From contig CAZUNO010000002.1 in the NCBI GenBank assembly GCA_964621445.1, positions 107,151 through 171,150 of the forward strand: a DNA stretch of 64,000 nt. Reading direction: 5' to 3'. The stretch is from Candidatus Hadarchaeota archaeon. GTDB lineage: Archaea > CAYQAE01 > CAYVLA01. Below, in pieces: positions 1-9,602 of this stretch (position 1 is the first letter of the stretch; each line of letters starts with the position of its first letter). The position numbers were made by a program, and so were the translations under genes. The notes below the pieces were generated by a model. The model did no database searches. It was not told where the DNA came from and saw only the letters and a program-made list of their open reading frames with translations.

Positions 1-279
1 TCGGGAATTTGGGAGGAAACTATCTTCAGGCTGTTTTTAATTGGAGCTCTTTCCTCCCTCTTCCGAACCAGGATAGGAGGGGTTTTGGTGGCCAATGGGA
101 TTTTCACCTACATGCATGTGATCTTCCAGGATCCTCCCTATAACCTTCCTGCTCTCATAATAGTGTTCATTATCGGTTTGGTATATTCAAGATGTTTTCT
201 GGAAAGGGGCCTCGGTTCTGCCATAACCTGCCATGCGGGAATGAACCTGTTATCCATGCTACTAGCCCCGGCAATATAG
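1..279 (+). CDS. CPBP-family intramembrane metalloprotease (CAAX protease/Abi-like), C-terminal fragment; the gene starts upstream of the window
   Basis: Frame 1 is open from nt 1 (SGIWEETIFRLFLIG...). It contains an EExxxR motif (EETIFR) and a later H-containing motif (ITCHAGMNLL). The sequence is hydrophobic throughout. The stop codon is at 277-279. Confidence 0.55.
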   Translation, partial: SGIWEETIFRLFLIGALSSLFRTRIGGVLVANGIFTYMHVIFQDPPYNLPALIIVFIIGLVYSRCFLERGLGSAITCHAGMNLLSMLLAPAI

Positions 280-287
280 AGGCCCCT

Positions 288-1103
288 TTAGGAAATCAGC
301 ACCAGGGCATCAAAAAGGGCTGACCCCACGGAATGGGTAATCCAGCTGGGAATGATTGATTTGCTTCTATAGTTGGCCCATCCAAATATTATGCCGGCCA
401 CCAAAGCGTAAGGAACCTCGATCGACGGCTTCCCCAGATGTAGGTAGGCATAGGGAATGCTCTGAAATACTATTGCTCCCCACTTAGATTTCTTAGCGAA
501 TGTGAAGAGAACTAATCCCCGGAAGAAGAACTCACCCGCGAGCATTATTCCGGTAAAGATCAATTCGTAATATACGAAGTCACCAACGGTGACCGTGCCT
601 CCATTATCCCAAATTGGATAGTATCCCCTCATCCCAGGTACGAACAGGCCAACTAGGGAAGCCAACAGGGCTAGAGTCAGGAGAAGGGCGGTGGTCCGAG
701 CTGTTTTCCTACCGATTCCCAGTGAAAGCCCAATGGCCCTGAAATATATACCCCCCTTGGCCAGCCAGAATAGACAAAGAGGTACTGCAAGGTAGATAAG
801 GAGGTCCTCTAGCATCCGAGATTCGAGAGTTCTGAAGAACATGAGCTGATCGGACATGGGAACTGCGAATACAAGGCCAGCCACCAGTATCTCCTCGGAA
901 CTCCACCTACAATACAGACCCACACCCAGGGATAACAATAGCCCGGGAAGTAAAACGTAGCTTTTATGATTCGGACCCGGGAAGCTGGCTAGTTTAAGGT
1001 ATAGTAAGCAGAAAACCGCAAAACCGGAAATAATAGCTATCCTTCGAAATGTAACCACGGTTAACCTAATAGGGGGTCTCGGATATTTGTGTTCCTTTGT
1101 CAA
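288..1103 (-). CDS. CPBP-family intramembrane glutamic endopeptidase (CAAX protease/Abi-like)
   Basis: 271-aa polytopic membrane protein. It has an EExxxR-like motif (GEFFFRG), an FxxxH-like motif (YAYLHLG) and a C-terminal H-containing motif (THSVGSALFD), as expected for the CPBP family. Confidence 0.65.
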   Translation of the reverse strand: MTKEHKYPRPPIRLTVVTFRRIAIISGFAVFCLLYLKLASFPGPNHKSYVLLPGLLLSLGVGLYCRWSSEEILVAGLVFAVPMSDQLMFFRTLESRMLEDLLIYLAVPLCLFWLAKGGIYFRAIGLSLGIGRKTARTTALLLTLALLASLVGLFVPGMRGYYPIWDNGGTVTVGDFVYYELIFTGIMLAGEFFFRGLVLFTFAKKSKWGAIVFQSIPYAYLHLGKPSIEVPYALVAGIIFGWANYRSKSIIPSWITHSVGSALFDALVLIS

Positions 1104-1106
1104 ACT

Positions 1107-1457
1107 CTAAGGCCCTACCGGCGTGCCGCAATATGGACAGAATTCTGCGTTTTCGGGCAACTCCTCGCCACAGGTATCGCAACGGCTCTTGGCATGCTTG
1201 GTCATCCGGTATATCTGGAAATAAAAGAAGAGAAAGCCCGATATGGCGGCTGCCACAAGTCCAAACACCAGCGAGAGAAATACTAGTCCCACCGTGACTA
1301 TTATACCCGGTTCTATGGCAACGTATAGGAAATATCCAAGCAAAAAGGCGGACAGACCACCCACTACCAAACCTGCTATCAAAGGTCTAAAGTAATGTCT
1401 ACTCATTATATAATGGCGAAGGTACCTTCCCAGTCGCACTCTGATCAATCCGACCAA
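1107..1457 (-). CDS. small membrane protein with a C-terminal zinc ribbon
   Basis: 116 aa with two or three predicted TM helices. The C-terminus carries CDTCGEELPENAEFCPYCG (CxxC...CxxC). Confidence 0.45.
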   Translation of the reverse strand: MVGLIRVRLGRYLRHYIMSRHYFRPLIAGLVVGGLSAFLLGYFLYVAIEPGIIVTVGLVFLSLVFGLVAAAISGFLFFYFQIYRMTKHAKSRCDTCGEELPENAEFCPYCGTPVGP

Positions 1458-1499
1458 ACCTTCTAAACTGGTACGATTTGTGGGCCCCTATTACTGTTT

Positions 1500-1796
1500 C
1501 TAGGATTCCTCTTCCGGAGATGGGAAGTTCTTCTCCAGGACGTGCCTGGGTTCAATGTCCTCCAACTGGTTCCTGTCCTGGTATATCTTGGCGAAACCTC
1601 TGTCTCTCCCCCAACCGTATTCCGTCTCAATCCCGTCAACAATCGTCATCTCATCCTTGGAATTTAGCTCCGCTCGTAGCAGGCCCCTAACGTCCTCAAG
1701 GGACGGAGTAGCCTCTCCGTCATGGAGAACCTCAAACTCTATTTCCTCCCTTTCCAGGAGCTTGTTCTCCGTTCTGTTCTTTATTTCAATTTCCAT
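1500..1796 (-). CDS. rps24e: 30S ribosomal protein S24e
   Basis: 98 aa beginning MEIEIKNRTENKLLEREEIEF, with a GFAKIY motif, typical of S24e. It sits at the conserved position next to the DUF359 and spt4 genes. Confidence 0.9.
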   Translation of the reverse strand: MEIEIKNRTENKLLEREEIEFEVLHDGEATPSLEDVRGLLRAELNSKDEMTIVDGIETEYGWGRDRGFAKIYQDRNQLEDIEPRHVLEKNFPSPEEES

Positions 1797-2316
1797 CTGT
1801 CGACACCCTCGTCCTTTCCAGAATGGATTTGACGGCCTTCTTTGATCTGGAATCTACATCAACTACGACTATCCCGTGGCCAGGTTGACCATATAAAACA
1901 AGGGAACCGAGCGGAGCCTTGTCAATTGCGGGAAGTCCTAGCAGGTCCTCCTCGCCCAGAACCTCAACCGCAAACTGCCCTGAAAGGCTTATTAATCTTT
2001 TCAGCACTTCACAGGCTTCCTCGGTAAGGGTACCCGAGGGGTTAACCGTCCTTCTAATCTCGTATCCCTCCAGAAGATGACGCGGAAAAAGTTCCCTCTT
2101 CCTCATGGACATATCATCAAAGACCACAATTTCAGGTCTGAACTCATTTTCCAGCAGAGTCCTGGAAACCACATCGCCCACGGAAAGGACCATTCCACAA
2201 AACCCCTTAACCCTACCCAAGGCCGTGGCCTCTCCCACAACCTGGCCCAGAGGTTTCGATAACTCCTCTCTGATCTCCGGGTCCTCGAAAATATACTTTA
2301 CCGCCAAAGGATTCAC
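1786..2316 (-). CDS. GTP-dependent dephospho-CoA kinase (DUF359 family)
   Basis: 176 aa. Its neighbourhood is the conserved archaeal spt4-DUF359-S24e arrangement. It overlaps the S24e start by 11 nt. Confidence 0.7.
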   Translation of the reverse strand: MNPLAVKYIFEDPEIREELSKPLGQVVGEATALGRVKGFCGMVLSVGDVVSRTLLENEFRPEIVVFDDMSMRKRELFPRHLLEGYEIRRTVNPSGTLTEEACEVLKRLISLSGQFAVEVLGEEDLLGLPAIDKAPLGSLVLYGQPGHGIVVVDVDSRSKKAVKSILERTRVSTDGN

Positions 2317-2505
2317 TCATGAAACGCTTAGAGCGTACTTGCCTTTCTTGGTTATATTTAGTTTTTCCGCGATTTCCGATTTTTTAGGATCAATTACCAC
2401 TAGTAGGCCATTCCATCGCGTTGAAAAGGACTCCCCTTTACAGATGGGGCACACCCTGCCTTTGGTAACGATATGATGGCAGTCTTGGCATGCTTTGCCC
2501 CGCAT
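2317..2505 (-). CDS. spt4: transcription elongation factor Spt4 / RNA polymerase subunit E''
   Basis: 62 aa with the zinc ribbon C-x2-C...C-x2-C (CQDCHHIV...CPICKGE). The motifs match Spt4. It overlaps rpoE' by one base. Confidence 0.85.
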   Translation of the reverse strand: MRGKACQDCHHIVTKGRVCPICKGESFSTRWNGLLVVIDPKKSEIAEKLNITKKGKYALSVS

Positions 2506-3059
2506 CAGGCCACCTCCCTTTTGTCCTCTTCAATCCACTCCATCTTGCCTAGCCCGGGTTGCCTCATTGTGAGGGCTATCTTTCCACTAATGGTTGGCCC
2601 GCCCTTTATGCTCACGGCCACGATTCTTGCTCTAACCAAATCCCCTTCCCTGAGCACCCGGTTGCTTTCCTTGCCTATGAATCTAGCGTTCTTCTTATCG
2701 TGGATGATAAAATCGTCGGTGATCTGGGAGACGTGGACAAGTCCGTCAAGCGGACCCAGCCTCACGAAGGCCCCGAAATCTACGAGCTCCACCACTCTTC
2801 CCATGGTAAGCTCCTGAAGCTCCGGTATGTAGGTTAAAACCTCGAAAGTGGTGTCATGATAAGTGGCTCCGTCACCGGGAGTTATTATCCCCTTGCCGAC
2901 CTCTATTACCTCCATCACACAGATTATGAGGCCAAGGTCCTTATCCAGTATGCCTTCATAATCCTCTCTGAGCAGTTTGGCTACCACCTCTTTCTTCTCC
3001 TTACCAAAAAGGCTTGGTGGTACGCGAACTGTATCTTTCAATCTCACGACTTTATACAT
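2505..3059 (-). CDS. rpoE: DNA-directed RNA polymerase subunit E' (Rpb7 homologue)
   Basis: 184 aa with an S1-like segment (GRVVELVDFGAFVRLGPLDGLVHVSQI), typical of RpoE'. Confidence 0.9.
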   Translation of the reverse strand: MYKVVRLKDTVRVPPSLFGKEKKEVVAKLLREDYEGILDKDLGLIICVMEVIEVGKGIITPGDGATYHDTTFEVLTYIPELQELTMGRVVELVDFGAFVRLGPLDGLVHVSQITDDFIIHDKKNARFIGKESNRVLREGDLVRARIVAVSIKGGPTISGKIALTMRQPGLGKMEWIEEDKREVA

Positions 3060-3097
3060 GACTTCACCTACTGATCAACGTAATTAAATTTAGAAAT

Positions 3098-3445
3098 TCA
3101 CAAGAAGTCGAGGCGTGAATTACTCCTAACCCCGACTACCTTCACCCCACCGGCTTTTAATATGTTTTTCAGGGCCCTGTCATTTGTACACACTATAACC
3201 TTCCCTTCCAGGGAGTCAACTAGTTTTAGGATGGCTTTATCCGCGTATTCCCCACCCGTTTCCATCGTATCCAGATCCGAAATGAGATTTAGGCCCAATC
3301 GGGCAGCTGCGGCCGGCTTTCCCTTACCTTTGGATATCTCCTTAAGCTCCTCATGGACCTGAATTGGTAGTACCACTCGGTATGAACGAGAGAGAAGCCT
3401 GTCGAGTTCCTCAAAAATCTGAAATGAGGCCCCGTAAGCACTCAT
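3098..3445 (-). CDS. PIN-domain protein, the conserved partner found downstream of aIF2-gamma
   Basis: 115 aa. It lies between aIF2-gamma and rpoE', as in most archaea. A PIN-like acidic residue pattern is present. Confidence 0.65.
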   Translation of the reverse strand: MSAYGASFQIFEELDRLLSRSYRVVLPIQVHEELKEISKGKGKPAAAARLGLNLISDLDTMETGGEYADKAILKLVDSLEGKVIVCTNDRALKNILKAGGVKVVGVRSNSRLDFL

Positions 3446-3478
3446 AAAAAATTGGTATCCAGCACCACGATTATTTCC

Positions 3479-4675
3479 TTACTGGACCGTTCCATATCCA
3501 ATCAGTCTCCAGCGATAGCCAATTCTACGGCTTATCGCAGCCCTTGAACCCACCGAGGTACATACTGGCAATCGTAGCTTCACGTGCGCACCGGATCCCG
3601 ATAACTTTTCAACCGCTCCGGCGGTACGCGCGGTCCCCACGTTTAGCATGAGAAGTTCGTTGGTCTTTATCGGTTCGACCTCCATCTCCTTCTCAGTACC
3701 CACCACCTTGTCCATCAGGCTTGTATCCAGGTCCAATTCATGCCAAACTTGAGGAAGATCGCCTGGATGTCCCACCATGTGACCCACGAAAGCATCGGAT
3801 TTTGTTAGAGAGGGATCTAAATTGGTCCCCAGTCCGATAAGCCCACCTGGCCTGGCCTCCTCAACAATTGAGTTTTCACGCATTATTGAGGAGATCTCGG
3901 TTCTAACCGGTTCCCAGATCGTTCTACCGCCCTCCTCCTTGCGGGAACCGGGAAGGACCTCTATCTCATCCCCAACCTTTAATATTCCCTGTGACAGGGT
4001 TCCACCAATCACTCCACCTACCAGCTCCTGAGGATCGGTGCCAGGCTTGTTAACGTCGAAGGAACGTGCCACCATCATTATGGGTGGTTTCTCAAGCGAT
4101 TTCTTGGGAGGCTCGAATTTGGAATCCATGGTCTGAAGAAGTATGTCTATATTAGCCTCCTGTTGGGCCGAAACGGGAACGATGAGGGGGACCGGTATGC
4201 TTGATCTTGATATGAAATCCTGTATCTGCTGATAATTGTCCCTGGCCTCCTTTTCACTAACCAGGTCTATCTTATTCTGAACAACGATTAAATCCTTTAC
4301 CTTAAGGATCTCCAGTCCCCTCAGGTGTTCCTTTGTCTGGGGTTGAGGGCAGGACTCGTTGGCTGCCACCACCAGCATGGCGCCATCCATTATAGCCCCA
4401 CCGGAGAGCATGGTGGCCATCAAGGTCTCGTGACCTGGAGCATCGACGAAGGAAACCTTCTTCACGGGCACCGTTTCCTCCCCGCATTCCTCACATTTCT
4501 CCTTGGTGGTATAGCACTCGGGTTCGCCGCAGCTGGGACATTTCCTAATGATGGTATCCGCATACCCCAGTCTGATCGTTATGCCCTTTCTAAGTTCCTC
4601 GGAATGAGTATCAGTCCATACGCCGGACAGAGCAGCAGTTAGAGTCGTCTTTCCGTGATCGACATGCCCCACCAT
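3479..4675 (-). CDS. eif2g: translation initiation factor aIF2 gamma subunit
   Basis: GHVDHGKTTL P-loop. The zinc knuckle CPSCGEPECY...CEECGEE, typical of aIF2-gamma, is present. The G-domain order is intact (DAPGHE, NKIDL). The conserved PHVNIG continues in-frame upstream of the annotated ATG without a canonical start codon. Confidence 0.9.
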   Translation of the reverse strand: MVGHVDHGKTTLTAALSGVWTDTHSEELRKGITIRLGYADTIIRKCPSCGEPECYTTKEKCEECGEETVPVKKVSFVDAPGHETLMATMLSGGAIMDGAMLVVAANESCPQPQTKEHLRGLEILKVKDLIVVQNKIDLVSEKEARDNYQQIQDFISRSSIPVPLIVPVSAQQEANIDILLQTMDSKFEPPKKSLEKPPIMMVARSFDVNKPGTDPQELVGGVIGGTLSQGILKVGDEIEVLPGSRKEEGGRTIWEPVRTEISSIMRENSIVEEARPGGLIGLGTNLDPSLTKSDAFVGHMVGHPGDLPQVWHELDLDTSLMDKVVGTEKEMEVEPIKTNELLMLNVGTARTAGAVEKLSGSGAHVKLRLPVCTSVGSRAAISRRIGYRWRLIGYGTVQ

Positions 4676-4737
4676 GCCGATATTGACGTGAGGTAGGTCA
4701 TCAGCGTCCTCGCCATTTTCCGCTATCTGAAGACCCC

Positions 4738-5124
4738 CTAGTTGCCTCCCTCTTCAAGGATCTCCTCAAGAGGAGACTTTCCCTCCTCGGTTACCACGAA
4801 GTTCAGTTGCTCGATATCATCGGTTACGATTTCCCCGGCGACGCTCCTTCTTCTCCTTATGCCTTCCTTTCCCCCCGGGAACCCAGGCCCACCTCTAAGC
4901 AGGAGCGAGACTCTACCGGTCCTATGTACCCCTCTCCTCATAGGAAAGCCCTGCTTGTCCGTTCCCCCGGTGAGCTTTAAAACATATCCAGGTAGGCCAA
5001 TGAACCCGCCATCGACTTCATCTCCAATCCTGTTATTCATGATTCCGCCCATTTTGGATGGGTCTACCTCTACTTGGTAGCTCTTTCCAGTTTTTGGATC
5101 ATTGACAACTATTTTTGGCAACAA
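4738..5124 (-). CDS. rps6e: 30S ribosomal protein S6e
   Basis: 128 aa with the GGTDKQGFPMRRGV motif typical of S6e. Confidence 0.9.
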   Translation of the reverse strand: MLPKIVVNDPKTGKSYQVEVDPSKMGGIMNNRIGDEVDGGFIGLPGYVLKLTGGTDKQGFPMRRGVHRTGRVSLLLRGGPGFPGGKEGIRRRRSVAGEIVTDDIEQLNFVVTEEGKSPLEEILEEGGN

Positions 5125-5159
5125 AATCCTCCCAATGCTTTCCGGTAGGAAGCTTAGGG

Positions 5160-6938
5160 CTAACGACCCCAGAATAGGTCCTTTTCCCTCTTGAGCTCTA
5201 TGAATTCTTTAAATGTTTTCATTTCCGACGGGCTGAGTGTGGATAATAGCTTCTCCTGAATTATCTTGGCATCCTCTTCAGGTATATCGACATATAGCTG
5301 GTCGCCTTCCTCCAGGTTCCGCCCCACGACTGTCCCGGTTATGGACACGGCAACTTCCATTCCCTCTTCAGCCTCGGAAACCGTCTCCGACTCGTCCTGA
5401 ATCTCCTTGGCCATTCCAACCCTTACACCCTTTTCATTTACCAGGGTTCTTCTAGGATTCAGTTTACCTGCAATTATCTCAACCCCGCAGATCGCCGGTT
5501 TGGATCTACGGAATACATATCCAGGGATTATCCTTATCTTGCAGGGAGTAGTCACCTTCTCCTTGAGAAGTTCTATCTGTCTTTCCTCCCATTCCCTTCT
5601 CCAATCATCGTATTCCTCCAGCATTTCAAAGATTACGTCGTTTCTGATCAGCTTGATATTTTGCTCCTCGATGAATTCCTTGGCATCGCCGGAAACGGGC
5701 ACGTTGAAACCGAATATTACACCGAGTAATGGATCCTTCCTTGATACTATTTGTGCATCGATAGCTTCTCGCTTAGATATCGGCCCTACGTCGGCCAACC
5801 TTACATCCACGCCCCTTTCCTTTAGCTGTTCCACGACGGCCTCCAGGGTCCCAAGAGCATCGGCCTTCACCACAACCCCAATGTCATCGGTGTGGATTCT
5901 TATGCCCTTAACCTCCTCCCTTATCATCTCGTCCACCTCTTCCTCTTTTCCGGGCGGAACGACGAATAGGGGCGAACCTCCCATGGCCTCCTCCAAATCG
6001 GGGGCAACGATCTTAACCCCTGCTGCGGCGGTCACTTCGGAAACCTGCTTGAAACGTTCCTTGGGATCCCTCATTTCATCGAGTGGTTTGGGGAGAAGGA
6101 GGGCCCTGATCTTGGTGTGAATTATGTCCATTCGACCTGGAAGGGCTATGGTGTCATTCTTATGGATTATTCCATCGTAGACTATGGCGTGAACCGTTTT
6201 TCCGGTCCCCGCCTCCTCCTTAACTTCGAGCACCGTTGACTTGCCGGGCCCCTCTACCTCAATGTTCAGGGATTCCTCAAGATATCTCTGGGTTATGCCA
6301 GCTATGAACACTATTAGGTCCTGTATTCCCTCACCCGTTTCTGCCGAGACGGGGACGATGCATATGTCCCTTGTGAAATCCTTGACTCTGTCAAACCTCT
6401 CCGATCTGTAGCCTAGATCATGCAATTTTCCAATTAGCTCATAGGTGAGGTCGCTCAATTCCTGAACAGGGGTATCAGACTGCTTCTTCATTGATTCCAA
6501 AATGCTGGCGTTAGGAATCGGCTGCCAGCCGGTGATTTTGTCTATCTTGTTAAAGGCGATTATGAAGGGGGTCTTGAATATTTTGAGTATCTCGAGTGCT
6601 TCCTTGGTTTGGGGCATTATACCCTCGTTTACGTCAATTACCAGAACCGCGAAATCGGCTATCGACCCCCCTCTTCTCCTGAGATTGGTGAACGCCTCAT
6701 GTCCAGGGGTATCTATGAAAAGAAGACCGGGTACATCTATCTCGAACCCGCCCTCTTCCATTAGCTTACCGCTGATGGCCTTTAAAGCTTCCAGGGGCAC
6801 GTAGGAGGCGCCTATGGCCTGAGTAATAGCACCGGCCTCTCTGGCCATCACCGTTGTTCCACGGATCTTGTCGAGCAAAGCTGTTTTACCGTGGTCCACA
6901 TGCCCGAGAACCGATATCACGGGCTGTCTTAGCACCAA
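5160..6938 (-). CDS. infB: translation initiation factor aIF5B (IF-2 homologue)
   Basis: 592 aa. The N-terminus carries VISVLGHVDHGKTALLDKIRGT and a DTPGHEAF motif. The domain order G, II, III, IV matches aIF5B. Confidence 0.9.
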   Translation of the reverse strand: MVLRQPVISVLGHVDHGKTALLDKIRGTTVMAREAGAITQAIGASYVPLEALKAISGKLMEEGGFEIDVPGLLFIDTPGHEAFTNLRRRGGSIADFAVLVIDVNEGIMPQTKEALEILKIFKTPFIIAFNKIDKITGWQPIPNASILESMKKQSDTPVQELSDLTYELIGKLHDLGYRSERFDRVKDFTRDICIVPVSAETGEGIQDLIVFIAGITQRYLEESLNIEVEGPGKSTVLEVKEEAGTGKTVHAIVYDGIIHKNDTIALPGRMDIIHTKIRALLLPKPLDEMRDPKERFKQVSEVTAAAGVKIVAPDLEEAMGGSPLFVVPPGKEEEVDEMIREEVKGIRIHTDDIGVVVKADALGTLEAVVEQLKERGVDVRLADVGPISKREAIDAQIVSRKDPLLGVIFGFNVPVSGDAKEFIEEQNIKLIRNDVIFEMLEEYDDWRREWEERQIELLKEKVTTPCKIRIIPGYVFRRSKPAICGVEIIAGKLNPRRTLVNEKGVRVGMAKEIQDESETVSEAEEGMEVAVSITGTVVGRNLEEGDQLYVDIPEEDAKIIQEKLLSTLSPSEMKTFKEFIELKREKDLFWGR

Positions 6939-6967
6939 CTTATCGCCTCCTATTTACCTGAGCGAGG

Positions 6968-7435
6968 TTAAATCTCGTAGATTGAGGACGACGGCAACCG
7001 GTAGTCGAATATCTCCCCGCTGTCGAAGTACAACTCTATCTCCCTGGCGGCTGACTCCGGTGAATCGGAGGCGTGCACCAGATTGAATATGACCGTCCTT
7101 CTCTCAAGCGCCAAATCCCCCCGTATGCTTCCCGGACTGGCCTCCGAGGGATCCGTTGAACCCACCATTTTTCTCATCGCTGCCACCGCCTTTCGGCCCT
7201 CTATCACCATGGCCACGCTGGGAGCCGAGGATATGTAATTGACCAGGAGCTCATAGTAGGGTTTTCCCACGTGATCCTCGTAGTGCTTTTCAGCATCCTC
7301 CCTCTGCAGCCACACGAATTTCAGGCCCAGTATCTTTAGACCTTTGTTCTCAATTCTGCGAATTGTTTCGCCCACTAACCCTCTTAGAACGCCGTCGGGC
7401 TTTATCATAACGAAGGTCCTTTCTCTCCGGGGCAA
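6968..7435 (-). CDS. ndk: nucleoside diphosphate kinase
   Basis: 155 aa. It has the N-terminal [12 protein letters not shown] motif and the active-site NLVHASDS motif. Confidence 0.95.
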   Translation of the reverse strand: MPRRERTFVMIKPDGVLRGLVGETIRRIENKGLKILGLKFVWLQREDAEKHYEDHVGKPYYELLVNYISSAPSVAMVIEGRKAVAAMRKMVGSTDPSEASPGSIRGDLALERRTVIFNLVHASDSPESAAREIELYFDSGEIFDYRLPSSSIYEI

Positions 7436-7437
7436 GA

Positions 7438-7713
7438 TCAGTCCTCCGATTCCTCGTCTTCATCTTCCTCTGATGATTCGTCTGAATCGGGTTTCTCTTC
7501 CTGTTCCTCGGGCTGGGGCGGCGTTGGGCCCTTTTCGTAGGATTCCGTCCATTTCAGGTTTCTGGCTTTTCTTCCCAGCTTGAGCATGTTCTTTTCGCAT
7601 TTATGGCTACAGAAGTAGTAGCGCTGATTATCATTACGAACATACATCACACCTGTTCCTGGCTCGATCTCCTTCCCGCAGAAGGAGCAATTTACCTTTA
7701 GTGGCAATGTCAA
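7438..7713 (-). CDS. rpl24e: 50S ribosomal protein L24e with an acidic C-terminal extension
   Basis: [21 protein letters not shown]...CSHKC zinc-binding core. About 30 extra residues follow, rich in E, D and S. Confidence 0.9.
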   Translation of the reverse strand: MTLPLKVNCSFCGKEIEPGTGVMYVRNDNQRYYFCSHKCEKNMLKLGRKARNLKWTESYEKGPTPPQPEEQEEKPDSDESSEEDEDEESED

Positions 7714-7718
7714 GACCT

Positions 7719-7937
7719 CTATGGAGTCGATATCTCTCTTGCCTCACGCTCCGTTTCACGGAGCATGAGAACATCGCCCACTCTAACCGGTCCTTTGGTG
7801 TTCCTTCTAATTATCCTTCCCTTGTCTCGCCCGGCCAGAATCCTGCACCTTACCTGGATTACCTCACCGTAAACTCCGGTTCTACCCCGGACCTCTATTA
7901 CCTCTGCTGGAATTGACTCGGGCATCTCTTCCGACAA
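7719..7937 (-). CDS. rps28e: 30S ribosomal protein S28e
   Basis: 72 aa with [24 protein letters not shown], the S28e signature. Confidence 0.9.
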   Translation of the reverse strand: MSEEMPESIPAEVIEVRGRTGVYGEVIQVRCRILAGRDKGRIIRRNTKGPVRVGDVLMLRETEREAREISTP

Positions 7938-7969
7938 TGATATTCACCAGGACCTAAACGGATTCTATT

Positions 7970-8389
7970 TTAACTACTCTCCTCGGCGTCCTCCTCTGAC
8001 GCCTCTTCCTGGGGGAGTTCCTCTCCTCGCCTCAGGGCCTCCAAGTTCTCCATGATCTCATTGAATGTGGAACCGGCCTTGCCAGGTTTCACAACTGCCA
8101 CGGCGGCGGTTGGCACCTCAAGACCTGCTGCCATTCCAAGTTCATCCTTGCTAGGAACGAAGAGGAAGGATATCCCTTTCTCCTCGCAGAGTAATGGAAG
8201 ATGAGCTATCACTTCTTCCGGGTCCACATCCTTGGCAAGGTATACCAGTTTGGCCTGGCCCCTTTCCACGGTTTTGGTTACCTCATTAGATCCTTTTTTC
8301 ACCCTTCCCGTGTCTCGGGCCAACTCCAATGCATCGTAAGCGTCCTCGGTCAGTTCCTTTGGAACTTCATATTCATCGAACAACGACAA
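7970..8389 (-). CDS. rpl7ae: 50S ribosomal protein L7Ae (kink-turn binding) with an acidic C-terminal tail
   Basis: [36 protein letters not shown]... matches the L7Ae core. The start is a TTG, preceded by a GGAGGTG Shine-Dalgarno sequence (8395-8401 on the minus strand). Confidence 0.9.
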   Translation of the reverse strand: MSLFDEYEVPKELTEDAYDALELARDTGRVKKGSNEVTKTVERGQAKLVYLAKDVDPEEVIAHLPLLCEEKGISFLFVPSKDELGMAAGLEVPTAAVAVVKPGKAGSTFNEIMENLEALRRGEELPQEEASEEDAEESS

Positions 8390-8394
8390 GATAA

Positions 8395-8427
8395 CACCTC
8401 CCCTACCCCAGATCCTTAAAGATTAAA
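8395..8427 (-). promoter_or_regulatory. putative Shine-Dalgarno (GGAGGTG) and A/T-rich TATA-like box (TTTAATCTTTAAGG) upstream of the L7Ae operon
   Basis: GGAGGTG lies 6-12 nt before the TTG start. The A/T box is about 30 nt further upstream on the coding strand. Confidence 0.35.
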
Positions 8428-8494
8428 CGCTAGGGTCTGCTAGGGGCTTTTAGGTTAACTAGTCCCTAGGCTCTTAAATTGTTTCATGCCCCGG

Positions 8495-9568
8495 TTAGGG
8501 GAGGGAAGCCCGGGAACCATCGGCTTCCAATCCCCGGTCACGGATCCAATCCCTCAACCAGCCTCCGATAAACAAGTTCTCTCTTCCTAGGTCCTTCATC
8601 TGCCTAGACCCGGTGAGAAAAATCGAGGCCCTAATCTGTCTCTCGACAAGATCTATAAATTGGTTTAATCCTTCCTCGCCATCTACGGCCGCCTTAAGGA
8701 ACGGGGATGCCATTCCAGCACAATTCGCCCCCAGAGCCAGGGCCTTAACTACATCAATTCCATTCCGAATTCCCCCGCTGGCAATGACCCTTAGGCCCTC
8801 TACCTGCGTCGTTTCCAGGACGCTGGCTGCGGTAGGAATTCCCCATGTTCCCAGGGATTCGGCCAATTCCCTGCCCACGCCGCTGGCCCTGAAGGCCTCC
8901 ACAGCCGCGAAGCTGGTTCCCCCACATCCCCCGGTATCAATCCATTCCACGCCCACTGAAGCTAGAGACCTGGCAGTCTCGCTTGAGATTCCGCCACCGG
9001 TTTCCTTAACTATAACCGGGAGGTGGGAGCTGGACACGAACTCTTCGATGGTCTCCAGGCCGCCTCTGAAATCGACCTCACCCTCGGGCTGAGCCACCTC
9101 CTGCAGGGCGTTCAAGTGTATGGCCACGGCATCGACATCAACCTCTTCCATGGCACTAAATACCGGTGCAAAATCGCGGGAAAGCAACTGGGGCAGGCCG
9201 ATGTTTCCCACCAGGAGTATGTCTGGGGCCTGTTCTCTAACCATATAGGTATCTGCTACATTTGGGTCCTCGATCATGGCCCGCATGCTGCCTAGTCCAA
9301 ATCCCAGTCCGTTTCGCTGGGCAGCGCTCGCTAGAAGCCTGTTCCATTTCCTGGCTCCCTTAAACCCGCCGGTCATCCCACTGATCATCAATGGCATGTC
9401 AAGCCTTTTATCAAGGACATCCACCCCAATGTCCAGGGCAGCCTCATTAATTTCCGGAAGTGCCTCATGAACTAGAGCAACACAATCGAGACCCGTACCT
9501 TCAAATTCTACGTCCTCCTTCAATACGACATCGACGTGATCGGCCTTCCTCCTCCTGGTTCCGGTCAT
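8495..9568 (-). CDS. fni: isopentenyl-diphosphate delta-isomerase, type 2 (FMN-dependent)
   Basis: TIM-barrel IDI-2 pattern with the glycine-rich FMN site (ASGGIRNGIDVVKALALGA). The ORF track begins 8 codons further upstream at 9592. Confidence 0.88.
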   Translation of the reverse strand: MTGTRRRKADHVDVVLKEDVEFEGTGLDCVALVHEALPEINEAALDIGVDVLDKRLDMPLMISGMTGGFKGARKWNRLLASAAQRNGLGFGLGSMRAMIEDPNVADTYMVREQAPDILLVGNIGLPQLLSRDFAPVFSAMEEVDVDAVAIHLNALQEVAQPEGEVDFRGGLETIEEFVSSSHLPVIVKETGGGISSETARSLASVGVEWIDTGGCGGTSFAAVEAFRASGVGRELAESLGTWGIPTAASVLETTQVEGLRVIASGGIRNGIDVVKALALGANCAGMASPFLKAAVDGEEGLNQFIDLVERQIRASIFLTGSRQMKDLGRENLFIGGWLRDWIRDRGLEADGSRASLP

Positions 9569-9602
9569 TCGCACCCCTGACCCAACCTGCAATAACTACT
9601 TA

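Noticed and set aside
5407-6120. 237-aa Ser/Thr/Leu-rich ORF on the plus strand, with several similar ORFs (4325..4642, 6502..6804, 8613..9092, 9460..9786, 27409..28425)
   Set aside because: All lie antisense within strongly supported genes (aIF5B, aIF2-gamma, IDI2, A2M). They have low-complexity, biased composition and no start context. They are treated as shadow ORFs.
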